64,000 nucleotides of DNA, taken from NCBI GenBank assembly GCA_965230975.1, contig OZ246402.1, forward strand, positions 1,120,859 through 1,184,858, written 5' to 3'. A program made the position numbers and the translations under genes. The notes beneath the pieces were generated by a model, which had not been told where the DNA came from, ran no database searches, and worked only from the letters and a program-made list of their open reading frames with translations. Origin of the DNA: an uncultured Candidatus Saccharibacteria bacterium. GTDB lineage: Bacteria > Patescibacteriota > Dojkabacteria > J137. Shown in pieces: positions 10,387 through 20,564 of the stretch (the first letter of the stretch is position 1; every line of letters starts with the position of its first letter).

Positions 10387-11520
10387 TTAAATAATCGAGA
10401 AGTTAATTCCCCACGTAGATGTAGTAAAGAATAGCAAGACTACTAGAATCAATAGTGAGCTATACTCTACCCACAAAGCATTTGTGTATCTAGTTCTAAC
10501 TTCTAATGCTAAATTTAGCAATATATAGTAAACAACTGCAATCATAAGAATTGAATAAGCTACCTCAACTGGCCAAACTGATGCTACAAATGCAGACAAT
10601 AACACCGTTAGTGTAATCCCCATGCTCTTTATAGATGCTACTTTGTAAGAATTTTTGTTAATAGTTAGCCCTGCATATGTATAAACATATACAAATGGAA
10701 TTAATACTATAATTCTAAAAATAATATTCTGGTAAGATCCAAATGCGTAAATTAAAACTAAGTAGGTAGACAATAATGATAAAATAAAATGAGTAGCCTT
10801 AGCAGCTTGTTCTAAAGGGAGCTTGATTGTTAAGCTAGCATTCAATATATTTGTAGTCAAAAAACTTATATACCCTACCACTATAAACATCAGAGATAAC
10901 CCCATTGAACCTATAAATTTATTTGATAATGTATTTATTGTCTCTATTGTAGTAATTGATAATAGTAAGTATGGAATTAATGTTAAGGTTGGAATAAGTA
11001 CAATATTAAGTATGTTCTTTCTAGAGAATTTATAAAACAGAACCCACGCAGTTAAAAGAAAAACTAAAAACCCAAATATTAAAGATCTTATTATAAGAGT
11101 AATTGCAAATGGCTGTTCTATAACTTGATTTAAATTTAGTATGCCGTCAACATCAGAATATCTAAACTGAGTCGTAGTTGATATATTTCCACTAAGATCC
11201 AATGATGCAATACCGAAGGTGTAGTTTCTAAGCTGATCCAACCCAGTGACCACATACTTATCCACATTAGCATCTACATCTTGAAATTCGGAGTCTTTAA
11301 AGATTCTATAGCCTTTCAAATCATATTCTTCTCCTCTGCTCCAGCTAATCGATATTTCCCCAACAGATGTTTTAGAAATAATAATATTACTAACTTCTGC
11401 TGGAGCGAATAGAGTTTCAAAGCCAACTTTAATTAATGGAGATATTAATAAAAAGGCAAATAGACTTATCAGTAAAGAAGCTAAAATAACCCTCTGCCTT
11501 GTACCCATTCGTTTTAACAT
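10387..11520 (-). CDS. Fibronectin type III domain plus multi-pass membrane protein
   Basis: N-terminal TM, FN3-like ISWS...GYRI...VTGL...YTFGIAS, then about 8 hydrophobic helices. Confidence 0.7.
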   Translation of the reverse strand: MLKRMGTRQRVILASLLISLFAFLLISPLIKVGFETLFAPAEVSNIIISKTSVGEISISWSRGEEYDLKGYRIFKDSEFQDVDANVDKYVVTGLDQLRNYTFGIASLDLSGNISTTTQFRYSDVDGILNLNQVIEQPFAITLIIRSLIFGFLVFLLTAWVLFYKFSRKNILNIVLIPTLTLIPYLLLSITTIETINTLSNKFIGSMGLSLMFIVVGYISFLTTNILNASLTIKLPLEQAAKATHFILSLLSTYLVLIYAFGSYQNIIFRIIVLIPFVYVYTYAGLTINKNSYKVASIKSMGITLTVLLSAFVASVWPVEVAYSILMIAVVYYILLNLALEVRTRYTNALWVEYSSLLILVVLLFFTTSTWGINFSII

Positions 11521-11536
11521 ACTTTTATAATAAATT

Positions 11537-12535
11537 TTAAAGCTTTAATAACTCCATTGCTAATTTTAAACCTTTATCGGTTAAAATTCTTCCTCTTGGA
11601 GTTCTATTTATAATACCAATTTTTAACAAATAAGGCTCATGCACACTTTCAATAGTATCTTGATCTTCTGAGATTGATGCTGATAAAGAGTTTAAACCTA
11701 CAGGTTTATTATTAAAATTCGAATAAAGACTTAATATTAGATCGCGATCTAACCTATCTAAACCATTTTGATCTATCGAAAGCATAGACATTACCTCTTT
11801 AATTATTTCACTATTAATCATCGTTAAGTTATTTACCAATGCCAAATCTCTTGCACGTTTTAATATTCTAATTGCAATCCTAGAAGTCATTCTTGATCTT
11901 TCAGCAATAATCCTTGCCTGCTCTGGCTTTATATCTATATTTAGCATATCTGCCTTTTGCATGATAATTTTAACTAATTCATCAATGCTGTAAAAGTCTA
12001 GTCTCATGTTCATACCAAATCTTTCTCTTAAAGGTGCACTTAGCATAGCTAACTTTGTAGTAGCACCAATAATTGTAATTTTTGGCAACTCTATTCTCAA
12101 TGTTTTAGCACTAGTACCCTTTCCTATAATAATATCTAGCATATTGTCCTCCATTGCAGGGTAAAGGACTTCTTCAATCTGTGGTTTCAATCTATGAATT
12201 TCATCTATAAAAAGGATTGAATAATCCTCCTGTGAAGTAAGTATAGATGCTAAATCCGAGGCCTTGGTTATTAACGAACCATTTGTAACGTAAATATTTG
12301 ACCCAAACTCATTTGCAATAACGTGTGCAAAGCTGGTCTTACCCAAACCGGGTGGCCCATAAAAAAGTATGTGATCCAAGGCCTTTCGCCTTTTTTTAGC
12401 AGACTCTATCATTACGTGCAAATTCTTTTTCTCTAACTCTCTACCTATAACTTCTGAAAAATTTTTAGGTCTTAAAGATCTTTCAAAACCTTCTTCTTGC
12501 TCTCCATTAATTTTTAGATTAGTTATATCTGACAT
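11537..12535 (-). CDS. ruvB: Holliday junction branch migration ATPase RuvB
   Basis: LRPK, GPPGLGKT, FIDEIHRL, LYPAMED, RTPRGR. Confidence 0.97.
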   Translation of the reverse strand: MSDITNLKINGEQEEGFERSLRPKNFSEVIGRELEKKNLHVMIESAKKRRKALDHILFYGPPGLGKTSFAHVIANEFGSNIYVTNGSLITKASDLASILTSQEDYSILFIDEIHRLKPQIEEVLYPAMEDNMLDIIIGKGTSAKTLRIELPKITIIGATTKLAMLSAPLRERFGMNMRLDFYSIDELVKIIMQKADMLNIDIKPEQARIIAERSRMTSRIAIRILKRARDLALVNNLTMINSEIIKEVMSMLSIDQNGLDRLDRDLILSLYSNFNNKPVGLNSLSASISEDQDTIESVHEPYLLKIGIINRTPRGRILTDKGLKLAMELLKL

Positions 12536-12536
12536 A

Positions 12537-13097
12537 TTAACTTTGCTTTAAAAATTCCTTAATAATATCCTTTTCGCTCATTTCATTTATAATTGATGAC
12601 TTTGAAGTTATAAACTCTAACACATCGTTTTTTGAATAGCCAAGGCTAATCAACGCATCCAAAATATCTTTAGATTTTGAATTTAAGACAATATGAGCAG
12701 GTGCTTTTAAATCAATCTTTCCCTTTAACTCTATAATTATTTTTTGAATAGTTTTCTCACCTAAACCTTTAACCTTAAGCATCGAAACATCTCCCTCGTT
12801 AATTGCAGAACAGATAGATTCGATACCTTTTGTGTATATTAAAGAACTAGCAGTTCTTGGGCCTACACCTGAAACTGCTAAGAGTTTTTTAAAAAACCTA
12901 AGCTCTTCAAGTGTTTTGAGTCCCCATAATGATGTTTGGTCCTGTGTGTAGTGAGTATAACAAAATACTGAATAGACTTCGCCATTTGTATAGCTACTTG
13001 AGTCTGCTACGTTAATATTCCAACCAACCCCATTGGAATACAAACAGATAGATTCTGCATCTGAAAAAAGAACCTCGCCCTTAACATAAGATATCAT
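12537..13097 (-). CDS. ruvA: Holliday junction binding protein RuvA
   Basis: MISYVKG, LLAVSGVGPRTA HhH, ALISLGY. Confidence 0.95.
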   Translation of the reverse strand: MISYVKGEVLFSDAESICLYSNGVGWNINVADSSSYTNGEVYSVFCYTHYTQDQTSLWGLKTLEELRFFKKLLAVSGVGPRTASSLIYTKGIESICSAINEGDVSMLKVKGLGEKTIQKIIIELKGKIDLKAPAHIVLNSKSKDILDALISLGYSKNDVLEFITSKSSIINEMSEKDIIKEFLKQS

Positions 13098-13101
13098 TTT
13101 G

Positions 13102-13581
13102 TTATTTATTAAATTTAGTTGTATTTAAGTGGCAAATCCCAATGGCAATCGCATCTGCCGCATCATCTGGCTTAGGGATCTCATTTAATCCACAAATCAT
13201 TTTTACCATTTTTTGAATTTGAGACTTCTCTGCCCGTCCATATCCTGTTACCGAGACTTTGACTTGTAAAGGTGTATAATCAAAAATCTCCAATTGATTA
13301 TTAGCAAGAGTTAACAATATTACCCCCCTAACTTGACCTACGTTTATTACAGTTTTTTGATTTTTAAAGAAAAACAAACTTTCAACTGCGCTAACATCTG
13401 GTTTGTAATACTTAATTATTTCATCTAATTTCAAATTTACCTGTTGCAATCTGGAAGCAATTAAATCATCTTTGCTTGTTTCTATTACACCATAATCTAT
13501 AAGGTTATATTTCGAACCAGATTTCTCAATAATTGACCATCCTAAAATCGCAAATCCAACATCAATTCCAATTACTTTCAT
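13102..13581 (-). CDS. ruvC: Crossover junction endodeoxyribonuclease RuvC
   Basis: IGIDVG, AVESLFF, GYGRAEK, PDDAADA. Confidence 0.96.
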   Translation of the reverse strand: MKVIGIDVGFAILGWSIIEKSGSKYNLIDYGVIETSKDDLIASRLQQVNLKLDEIIKYYKPDVSAVESLFFFKNQKTVINVGQVRGVILLTLANNQLEIFDYTPLQVKVSVTGYGRAEKSQIQKMVKMICGLNEIPKPDDAADAIAIGICHLNTTKFNK

Positions 13582-13596
13582 AATAATTCATTATAA

Positions 13597-14316
13597 TTAC
13601 CACCAAACTTTTACTATATCATCTAAATCTAATAATTTAGATTCAAATTCTTTAAGAATGTTCAAGTTTTCTTGGTTTATATTAGTTACAATTTTGTTTC
13701 TTAAAATAATTTCGGCATTTTTAATATTCACACTGCTCCATTTTGATATTTCCTGTAAAGCATCTTGAAAACTATCTTTAGATATGAACAATATAAATTC
13801 ATTAGATGTTTCAATATAATCTATTATGCCACTAGTAGAAATGATATTGTCAATGGGATATTCGTTAAAAGATGGGTTAAGTTGCAAAATAACTTCTCCA
13901 ACCTCTTCAAAAAATCTTAAAGCAGATCCAGGCTCAAGTATTTTAAATCCTGCCTTGGAAACAACTAATTTAACTTCTGCAATTGTTCTTGTAGGGTTAT
14001 CTGTTTCTGCCTCTATTAAAATATAGTTATTATTAGGACTTAAAACTTCGTAAATTTTGCTTTGTGTTAAATCTTTATCTTCTGATTTACCAGATGCCTT
14101 GTCTATTGCTTTTTGTATTCTATCAGAAGGGATATTTGCTGCCTTAGCTTTATCAAGTGCTGATCTAAGAATTGGATTTAAAGCGGGATCGATACTCTTT
14201 CCAATCCTCACAGCATTAACTATATCTTTAGATAATCTAGTGAATAACTTACTCCTTTTTGCATCTTGTACTGATTTTGTTCCCCAAATATTTGCGGAGT
14301 GTGAATGACCTGCCAT
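13597..14316 (-). CDS. yebC: YebC/PmpR family protein
   Basis: MAGHS...DAKRSKLF, TDNPTRT; conserved position upstream of ruvC. Confidence 0.9.
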   Translation of the reverse strand: MAGHSHSANIWGTKSVQDAKRSKLFTRLSKDIVNAVRIGKSIDPALNPILRSALDKAKAANIPSDRIQKAIDKASGKSEDKDLTQSKIYEVLSPNNNYILIEAETDNPTRTIAEVKLVVSKAGFKILEPGSALRFFEEVGEVILQLNPSFNEYPIDNIISTSGIIDYIETSNEFILFISKDSFQDALQEISKWSSVNIKNAEIILRNKIVTNINQENLNILKEFESKLLDLDDIVKVWW

Positions 14317-14363
14317 AAAATTTATTTTAGTTTATTAAATTATTATATCAGAAGATAGTAAAA

Positions 14364-15725
14364 CTAGTTTTCGCCAATAACCAAAATAACATTACCTAGT
14401 TTGTTATATTTATAGCCACTATCCTTAATTACAACATTTGGATACAAACTTTGTATTAAAGATATTGTATTGGCATAATCTTTGATATTTGAGTCAATTA
14501 AGTAAAGGGTGGTGTTTTCCTCAATTGTAGAATAATTACCTGAATTAACCACATTACCACCCGAATTTTGTATGATTTTTTTATTGATGGTGGCCAACCC
14601 TGAAACTTTTGAAGCATTCAAAACTTCTATCTTTGCCTGCTCTCTTACAATGTCCAAATCCCTAAAGACTTCTTGGACTTTATTATCAATATCAATTTGA
14701 TTAACATACAAACCCTTCCCTGCAAAAGTATCTATAAAGTATCCATCTTTAATTTGAATATATTGGGATTGGATTGGCAAGTTAGATTGAAAAAAAATAT
14801 CGTTATAAAATCTTAATGCCGAATCTTTATCTAGGTTTGTTTTGAAAGTGTTTGTAAATAAATCTGCCTGAAAAAAACTGCTAATTGTAAATAGTATATT
14901 TCTGTTTGACTGTAACATATTAGTTACAAATAGATTATTTCTATATAAGCTTGACTCAATAATCTCTTCTGACTCTATTATATGTAAATATTTTAATAGG
15001 TCTTCACCTTGTATAAACTCTCCAATTTTATAAAACTTGTTATCAACTTTATAATTTTCATTTAAAGTTAATCCTAGGTTTTTTGTCTTAATAAAATTTG
15101 AGTAGGCCTCATTCTCAGTAAAAAAGTAACCATCTATTCTTACACCTAATAAACCAGCTAGAGAATTTTTAAATATAGAAGTTTTAGTCTCTATATTCTC
15201 GTTGATATTGTTATATAAGGTTTTTAATGTATACGCCTTGTTTTTATAATATATTGATAGACTTGGTTCTACAGCTAATATTTTTAAATTATTATTAGTT
15301 TTATCAAAAGATAGTATTGAAATATATTCTGCAAATTTATTACTATCACTACCCTCTTTAAAATTAACAAACAATATATTTTGAGTCTTATTATTGTATA
15401 AGTTAGCTAACTTTTCTTCTGATTCTACAAAGCTTTGTATTTGAATTTGGTTAGATTTTAGTCTTAAAAATGCAAAGATAGCAATTAATATTGAAATTAT
15501 AATTATCACAAAGAAATAGGTAATTAGTTTCTTTCGTTTGCCTAGTAAACTCTTTGCAAAAGAAAAAAGTGTAGTGAATTTAAGTGAGCTAAACTTATTA
15601 CGCTTAAATTTGTTCAACAAACTCTCTAAAGCAATTGGAAGTTTTATTACTGACTTTGAATTAAGTTTGCTTTTGTTTTTTTTTACAATGAATTTATTTG
15701 TTGGTTGTTTCTTCTTTAGTCTCAT
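14364..15725 (-). CDS. LytR-CpsA-Psr (LCP)-like protein with LytR C-terminal domain, divergent
   Basis: Basic N-terminus, single TM, LLGVRIDGY, C-terminal IEVLNASKVSGLA and VILVIG. Confidence 0.7.
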   Translation of the reverse strand: MRLKKKQPTNKFIVKKNKSKLNSKSVIKLPIALESLLNKFKRNKFSSLKFTTLFSFAKSLLGKRKKLITYFFVIIIISILIAIFAFLRLKSNQIQIQSFVESEEKLANLYNNKTQNILFVNFKEGSDSNKFAEYISILSFDKTNNNLKILAVEPSLSIYYKNKAYTLKTLYNNINENIETKTSIFKNSLAGLLGVRIDGYFFTENEAYSNFIKTKNLGLTLNENYKVDNKFYKIGEFIQGEDLLKYLHIIESEEIIESSLYRNNLFVTNMLQSNRNILFTISSFFQADLFTNTFKTNLDKDSALRFYNDIFFQSNLPIQSQYIQIKDGYFIDTFAGKGLYVNQIDIDNKVQEVFRDLDIVREQAKIEVLNASKVSGLATINKKIIQNSGGNVVNSGNYSTIEENTTLYLIDSNIKDYANTISLIQSLYPNVVIKDSGYKYNKLGNVILVIGEN

Positions 15726-16308
15726 TTTGTTTTACCTCTTCTAACTTCTCTATCTTATCACTATAACTTTTAAATTCCTTTACTAGATTTTTAGAAGCAG
15801 TAGATGCCTTGTTTTTAAATCTTAAAGCTTTTTCCTTTAAAGAGCTAGTCATGCCTGGCTTTGTTGAGTCTATAACTGTAGGTACCGAAGGTGTTGAATC
15901 AACAATATTTTGAGATTCTAACTTGGTACCTTCAATACTTACTTTAACGGTTTCTGTATTAATGCTAGGGTTTAGTTTTATACTTAATGAAAATTCAATT
16001 TGATCTTCTTTTCCTATAAAGTTTGCAATAGGGATATCTAATCCACCATGAAGCATGCCGTAATGGCCTATATCCTCTTCGTTTTCAGGCCTTATAATTA
16101 TATAAAAGATTAGTGCAGGGAAATTTAATACAAATACTAGAATAAAGAATAGTATTCCAATTTTAGTGCTTTGATATCTTTTTTTTGCGTCTACAAAAAC
16201 CCAAAAAGAAAACATAGCCCATAATGCAAGTATGTAAATAATAAAAAGCTTTCCAACTGTTGCGTAGTCTAAGGTCGAATCAACAATTCCAAGTAGTAAC
16301 TGCTCCAT
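15694..16308 (-). CDS. Hypothetical membrane protein
   Basis: Two to three TM segments with WVFVDAKKR...YIIIRP, then a soluble tail. Confidence 0.6.
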   Translation of the reverse strand: MEQLLLGIVDSTLDYATVGKLFIIYILALWAMFSFWVFVDAKKRYQSTKIGILFFILVFVLNFPALIFYIIIRPENEEDIGHYGMLHGGLDIPIANFIGKEDQIEFSLSIKLNPSINTETVKVSIEGTKLESQNIVDSTPSVPTVIDSTKPGMTSSLKEKALRFKNKASTASKNLVKEFKSYSDKIEKLEEVKQNETKEETTNK

Positions 16309-16408
16309 TTTCTTTTTTTTAATAATTAATATCGAAGTTTTGTATAGGAGATTTTACTATAAGCTGAGAACAAGCGGAATACAAAATAGTAAATATTTAC
16401 AAAAGTTA

Positions 16409-16491
16409 TACCGAAGGAGGGAGTTGAACCCTCACACCATTGCTGGCAACGGATTTTGAGTCCGTCGTGTCTGCCATTCCACCACTTCGGC
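16409..16491 (-). tRNA. tRNA-Leu(CAA)
   Basis: Cloverleaf, anticodon arm ACGGA-CTCAAAA-TCCGT, long variable arm; CCA not encoded. Confidence 0.95.
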
Positions 16492-16552
16492 GCTTTACTT
16501 ATATAGGAGCGCAAGAATTATATCACCAAAACCAGTAATACTTAAATATCAC

Positions 16553-17602
16553 TTAATCTAGAAATGTAATCTCAGCTTTGGATAAGATATCGATAATTTT
16601 ATTGCAAACCTGATCAGTATCCCAGTTTTCTTCTCCATTCTTCAAAATATACCTACCTCCAGATGCTCTATCATGACCTCCACCACTAAAATACATTTCA
16701 CAAATTAACCTAACATTTGGATTTTTTGAGGTAGATCTAAAATTTATTTCAAAATGACCTATTTGACTTTCAATTGGCCTTACATAAAAGCCCCATCCAG
16801 ATCCTTTAACTTCTTTTAGCATAGCTAAGAACTTTCTGTTTTTTATTAGTGTTGAGTCGGGAAACTCACTCACAAATTTTTTGGTAACATATGAATATGT
16901 AACTAGTGGACAATTATCTTGAATCTTAACAACTTGTGAGTGTTTAATTACTTCTTTAAACACTCTAAATGAATCAATTCCGTAACGCTCTGATCTTAAC
17001 TTAAACTCTTCTAAGTCTAAATTTCCTTTGTCAACTAGTCTCTTTGCAGTTATTAGTGCCGAAGAATTATTATGACGAATAAATGTAAAGTGGCCAGTAT
17101 CACCAATTAATCCAATCATAAGGAGCTCTATAATCTCATGTGTCCAACATTCTTCTTCAATGACTCTGTCTGCTAATAGCTGAGTTGTAGAAGCCATACT
17201 TGTGTCTATTAATTCTATAGTATGAAAATCCCCCTCTTTCTTATGGTGATCAATACATATTGTTTTAATATTCAAATCACTAAAACTATTTGCATTATAT
17301 GTAAAACGATCTACAGTGCTTCCATCTACAAAAATTGCTAAATCGACTTTTGGAATATATTCTAAAACTAGGTTATCGCTCCATTTCAAATCTTTAAAAC
17401 CTGTAATTTCTCCAAACTCGGAAACAGGAGCAATTCCTTCAAACACTGGATATAAAGATTTGCCTGAATATTTTAGTGAAAGGTATTTATATACCGAGAG
17501 CAAAGAAGTAATTGCATCACTATCTGGCCTAATATGGCTACAAATCATAATACTCTTTGACTCAGACACTAGTTTATCGAAATTACGTTTAAATTCATCC
17601 AT
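16553..17602 (-). CDS. nrnA: DHH/DHHA1 phosphoesterase (NrnA-like nanoRNase/pAp phosphatase)
   Basis: HIRPDSDA, DHH, GDTG, GGGHDRASG. Confidence 0.85.
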   Translation of the reverse strand: MDEFKRNFDKLVSESKSIMICSHIRPDSDAITSLLSVYKYLSLKYSGKSLYPVFEGIAPVSEFGEITGFKDLKWSDNLVLEYIPKVDLAIFVDGSTVDRFTYNANSFSDLNIKTICIDHHKKEGDFHTIELIDTSMASTTQLLADRVIEEECWTHEIIELLMIGLIGDTGHFTFIRHNNSSALITAKRLVDKGNLDLEEFKLRSERYGIDSFRVFKEVIKHSQVVKIQDNCPLVTYSYVTKKFVSEFPDSTLIKNRKFLAMLKEVKGSGWGFYVRPIESQIGHFEINFRSTSKNPNVRLICEMYFSGGGHDRASGGRYILKNGEENWDTDQVCNKIIDILSKAEITFLD

Positions 17603-17607
17603 GTTTA

Positions 17608-18144
17608 TTATTTAAATATACTTTTTCTAAAGAACTTTAAAATTTCTATTGATTGAATCACATCATCCATTGCTCTATGAGCAGGATTATCAGCTTTCCA
17701 TTTAATATCTGGGTACCATCTAGATTGAATTTGAAATAAAGGACTTACATCTAGCATTCTATAACTTAAAAATTTTGATAATTTAGGCATTTGGCTATCT
17801 ATAAACTGTCTATCTCTATAAATACCTATACCTGCCATAATAGCTTTGCTTTCAATACAATACTGTTTTAAGAAACCAATGACTAAACCTTCCAGTTCTT
17901 CTAATTCTATACCCTTGCTTTTAACATCAGATATCAAACCTGAAGATGTATGGTGGGTTTTATTCCAATCATCCATTTGACTTAATATTTCATCGTTAAC
18001 CTTTATTGGGTAATTTGGTCCTTTGGCAAGAATAGATAAGTCCTTATCTGTTACTACGCATGCAAATTCTAATATTTTCTCTTTAGAAACATCTAAACCT
18101 GTCATTTCTAAATCTAACCAAATTAAGTTTTCTTCACTTACCAT
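17608..18144 (-). CDS. orn: Oligoribonuclease (DEDDh)
   Basis: WLDLEMTGL, HTSSGL, YRMLDVS, HRAMDDV. Confidence 0.93.
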   Translation of the reverse strand: MVSEENLIWLDLEMTGLDVSKEKILEFACVVTDKDLSILAKGPNYPIKVNDEILSQMDDWNKTHHTSSGLISDVKSKGIELEELEGLVIGFLKQYCIESKAIMAGIGIYRDRQFIDSQMPKLSKFLSYRMLDVSPLFQIQSRWYPDIKWKADNPAHRAMDDVIQSIEILKFFRKSIFK

Positions 18145-18158
18145 ATTATTAATGTTAA

Positions 18159-19505
18159 CTAATCTTCTAAAGGCCCTTCGTAATCTAAATATTTCATGTG
18201 ACTTGGGTGGAACATTAACTTTACTTTACCGACAGGTCCATTTCTATGTTTTGCAATATACATATCTACTTTTATTTTTTTATTATAGTCAATATTATTT
18301 GGGTCTACAGTTTCTTCAGCACCCAAATCTCTGCTTAAAAATAAAACTAAATCTGCATCTTGTTCAATAGAGCCGGATTCTCTAAGGTCTGATAACTGAG
18401 GAACTCTATCTATTCTATTCTCTACAGCTCTATTTAGCTGAGATAGTGCAATTATTGGAATATTTAATTCTCTAGCTAGAATTTTTAGAGATCTTGAGAT
18501 CTCACCTACCTCTTGTGCACGGTTATCTGTATTAGAATTACCCTGCATAAGTTGTAAATAGTCAATTATAATTATGTCTAAACCCTCTTCTATCATTAAT
18601 TTTCTTGCTTTACTTCTTAACTGCATAATATTTATGCCTGGGGTTTCATCTATAAAAATTTTTGACTTAGCTAATTCATCTTGTGCAGCGTTTAATCTTT
18701 TAAAATCTACATCTTTAATTTGAGACATTCTCAACTCCCATAAGTTGATACGTGATTGTTGTGCAAGCATTCTTTCTATTACCTGAACTGCAGGCATTTC
18801 TAGTGAAAATACTGCAGAAGTTCTACCCGTCATGGCAACATTTCTGGCAATATCAAATGCTAAAGCACTTTTACCCACAGATGGCCTAGCAGCTAAAATT
18901 ATTAAATCAGATTTATGCAATCCTCCCAAAAACTTGTCCATAGAAGGGATTCCTGTTGGCAAACCTCTTAGCCCATTTGGATTTTTAGCATATTCATCTG
19001 CTCTTTGAATCTGCATCTCTAGCAAAGTTTTTGTATCAAAAAAATCTTTATTAGAACTAGATACTGTAATTGAAAACAGTTTAGATTCAAATACATCCAT
19101 TATGTCATCTAGTTTTTTTTGCTCTTCCCTACTTAAACTATCAATTGTATAAGATAAGTTAATAAGCTCTCTTCTTACAGAACACTCTCTAATAATATCT
19201 GCATAATTTTCTATATTAGTAGTTGTTGGTACTTCAGATATTAGCTCGCTTAAATATGCGGAACCACCAATTTGCTTTAGCTTCTTATCTTTCTTTAACT
19301 CATTTGTAAGTGTTAAAACATCTACTGCCTTTCCCTCTTTATATAAAGATATAATATTTTGAAAAATGATTTGATGTCTTAAATCATAAAAAGAATCCGG
19401 TCTTAATAGATCAGAAATTTTAGTTAAAGATTGACTATCAATTAGTATTGATCCTAATACCGCTTTTTCAGCTTCTAAATTTTGAGGAGGTGTTTTTAAT
19501 TCCAT
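18159..19505 (-). CDS. dnaB: Replicative DNA helicase
   Basis: PPQNLEAE, AARPSVGKS, IDYLQLM, LSQLNR, DLRESGSIEQDAD. Confidence 0.97.
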   Translation of the reverse strand: MELKTPPQNLEAEKAVLGSILIDSQSLTKISDLLRPDSFYDLRHQIIFQNIISLYKEGKAVDVLTLTNELKKDKKLKQIGGSAYLSELISEVPTTTNIENYADIIRECSVRRELINLSYTIDSLSREEQKKLDDIMDVFESKLFSITVSSSNKDFFDTKTLLEMQIQRADEYAKNPNGLRGLPTGIPSMDKFLGGLHKSDLIILAARPSVGKSALAFDIARNVAMTGRTSAVFSLEMPAVQVIERMLAQQSRINLWELRMSQIKDVDFKRLNAAQDELAKSKIFIDETPGINIMQLRSKARKLMIEEGLDIIIIDYLQLMQGNSNTDNRAQEVGEISRSLKILARELNIPIIALSQLNRAVENRIDRVPQLSDLRESGSIEQDADLVLFLSRDLGAEETVDPNNIDYNKKIKVDMYIAKHRNGPVGKVKLMFHPSHMKYLDYEGPLED

Positions 19506-20050
19506 TATGCCAATAATTCTCCTATTAATATTGTGTTTTCTGATACAGTAGCAAAGTCTGCCGACTTATGTTTTACTGAGGTAACCTCTTGCATTGAAGT
19601 AATTCCAACAGATTTATATACGGTATCTAACTCAACTTCTTCTCCACCAAAACTTTTTATAATTACTAGTTTTTTAGGCTCAATTGAATTAACTAAAGGC
19701 TTAGTAGCATTAGCATTTACTAATGGTATAGCTAAGATATCTATATTAACTAAACTATTTAAAATATCCTTAGGAATCTCTTTAACTTGTGTAGTTATCA
19801 CTACTTTAACACCGTCAACATTTAGTTTGATAATATTTATTACGCCTGAGTACAATTCTGTTGGGATCTCAAATCCAGTTACTCCTACTCCAAAGTATTC
19901 ATAGTCACCTGGTTTAGAAATTTCAATATCCTTTGACCCATTATTGATTTTAATAAGCAACTGTCCATCTAAGTTTTTTATAGAGACTGCAGTTTTATCT
20001 ATAGAACTATCTACAGATAATGTTGTACTGTTATTTCTTCGAATAATCAT
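19505..20050 (-). CDS. Degenerate metallo-beta-lactamase-fold-like protein
   Basis: ISKPGDYEYFGV, IDILAIP, IEPKKLVI resemble short MBL-fold proteins; no HxHxDH motif. Confidence 0.5.
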   Translation of the reverse strand: MIIRRNNSTTLSVDSSIDKTAVSIKNLDGQLLIKINNGSKDIEISKPGDYEYFGVGVTGFEIPTELYSGVINIIKLNVDGVKVVITTQVKEIPKDILNSLVNIDILAIPLVNANATKPLVNSIEPKKLVIIKSFGGEEVELDTVYKSVGITSMQEVTSVKHKSADFATVSENTILIGELLA

Positions 20051-20225
20051 AACTAGTGAATTTAATAATTTAGTATCAAATTATATGATACCAAACCCGA
20101 ATTTCCAACCAACAAGTGTATTAAATTAATAAAAAGATGCCTATATTAACAATTGTACTAAATTTAAAGATAAAGAACATTTTCCACTTTACCTAAATCA
20201 TAATTAAAGGTTATAATACACTGCT

Positions 20226-20543
20226 ATGAAAACAAATACACATCCAAACTATACAAATACTGTAATCGTTTGTAACACTTGTAAAAAAGAATACAAGCTT
20301 GGTTCAACAATTACAGATGTCAAAGTAGAACTTTGTGCAAATTGTCACCCTTTCTACACAGGTAAAGAAACCCTTGTAGACACAGATAACTTAGTTGATA
20401 AATTCAACAAGAAAAAAGAGTTGGCAGTTACAAGTTCAGCTAAGGTATTAAGCAAAAAAGAAAAACTTCAACAAAGAAAAGCAAAAGCTATGCAAACTAA
20501 GACCGGAAGCACAAGCTTAAAAGATATGCTTTCAAGGCTTTAA
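20226..20543 (+). CDS. rpmE: 50S ribosomal protein L31 with basic C-terminal extension
   Basis: MKTNTHPNY, CNTC, CANCHPFYTG. Confidence 0.95.
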   Translation: MKTNTHPNYTNTVIVCNTCKKEYKLGSTITDVKVELCANCHPFYTGKETLVDTDNLVDKFNKKKELAVTSSAKVLSKKEKLQQRKAKAMQTKTGSTSLKDMLSRL

Positions 20544-20564
20544 TACACTTTAGATACCAAACGC

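Noticed and set aside
16326-16514. 62-aa ORF (also 36912-37118)
   Set aside because: They overlap tRNA genes and are translations of tRNA sequence.
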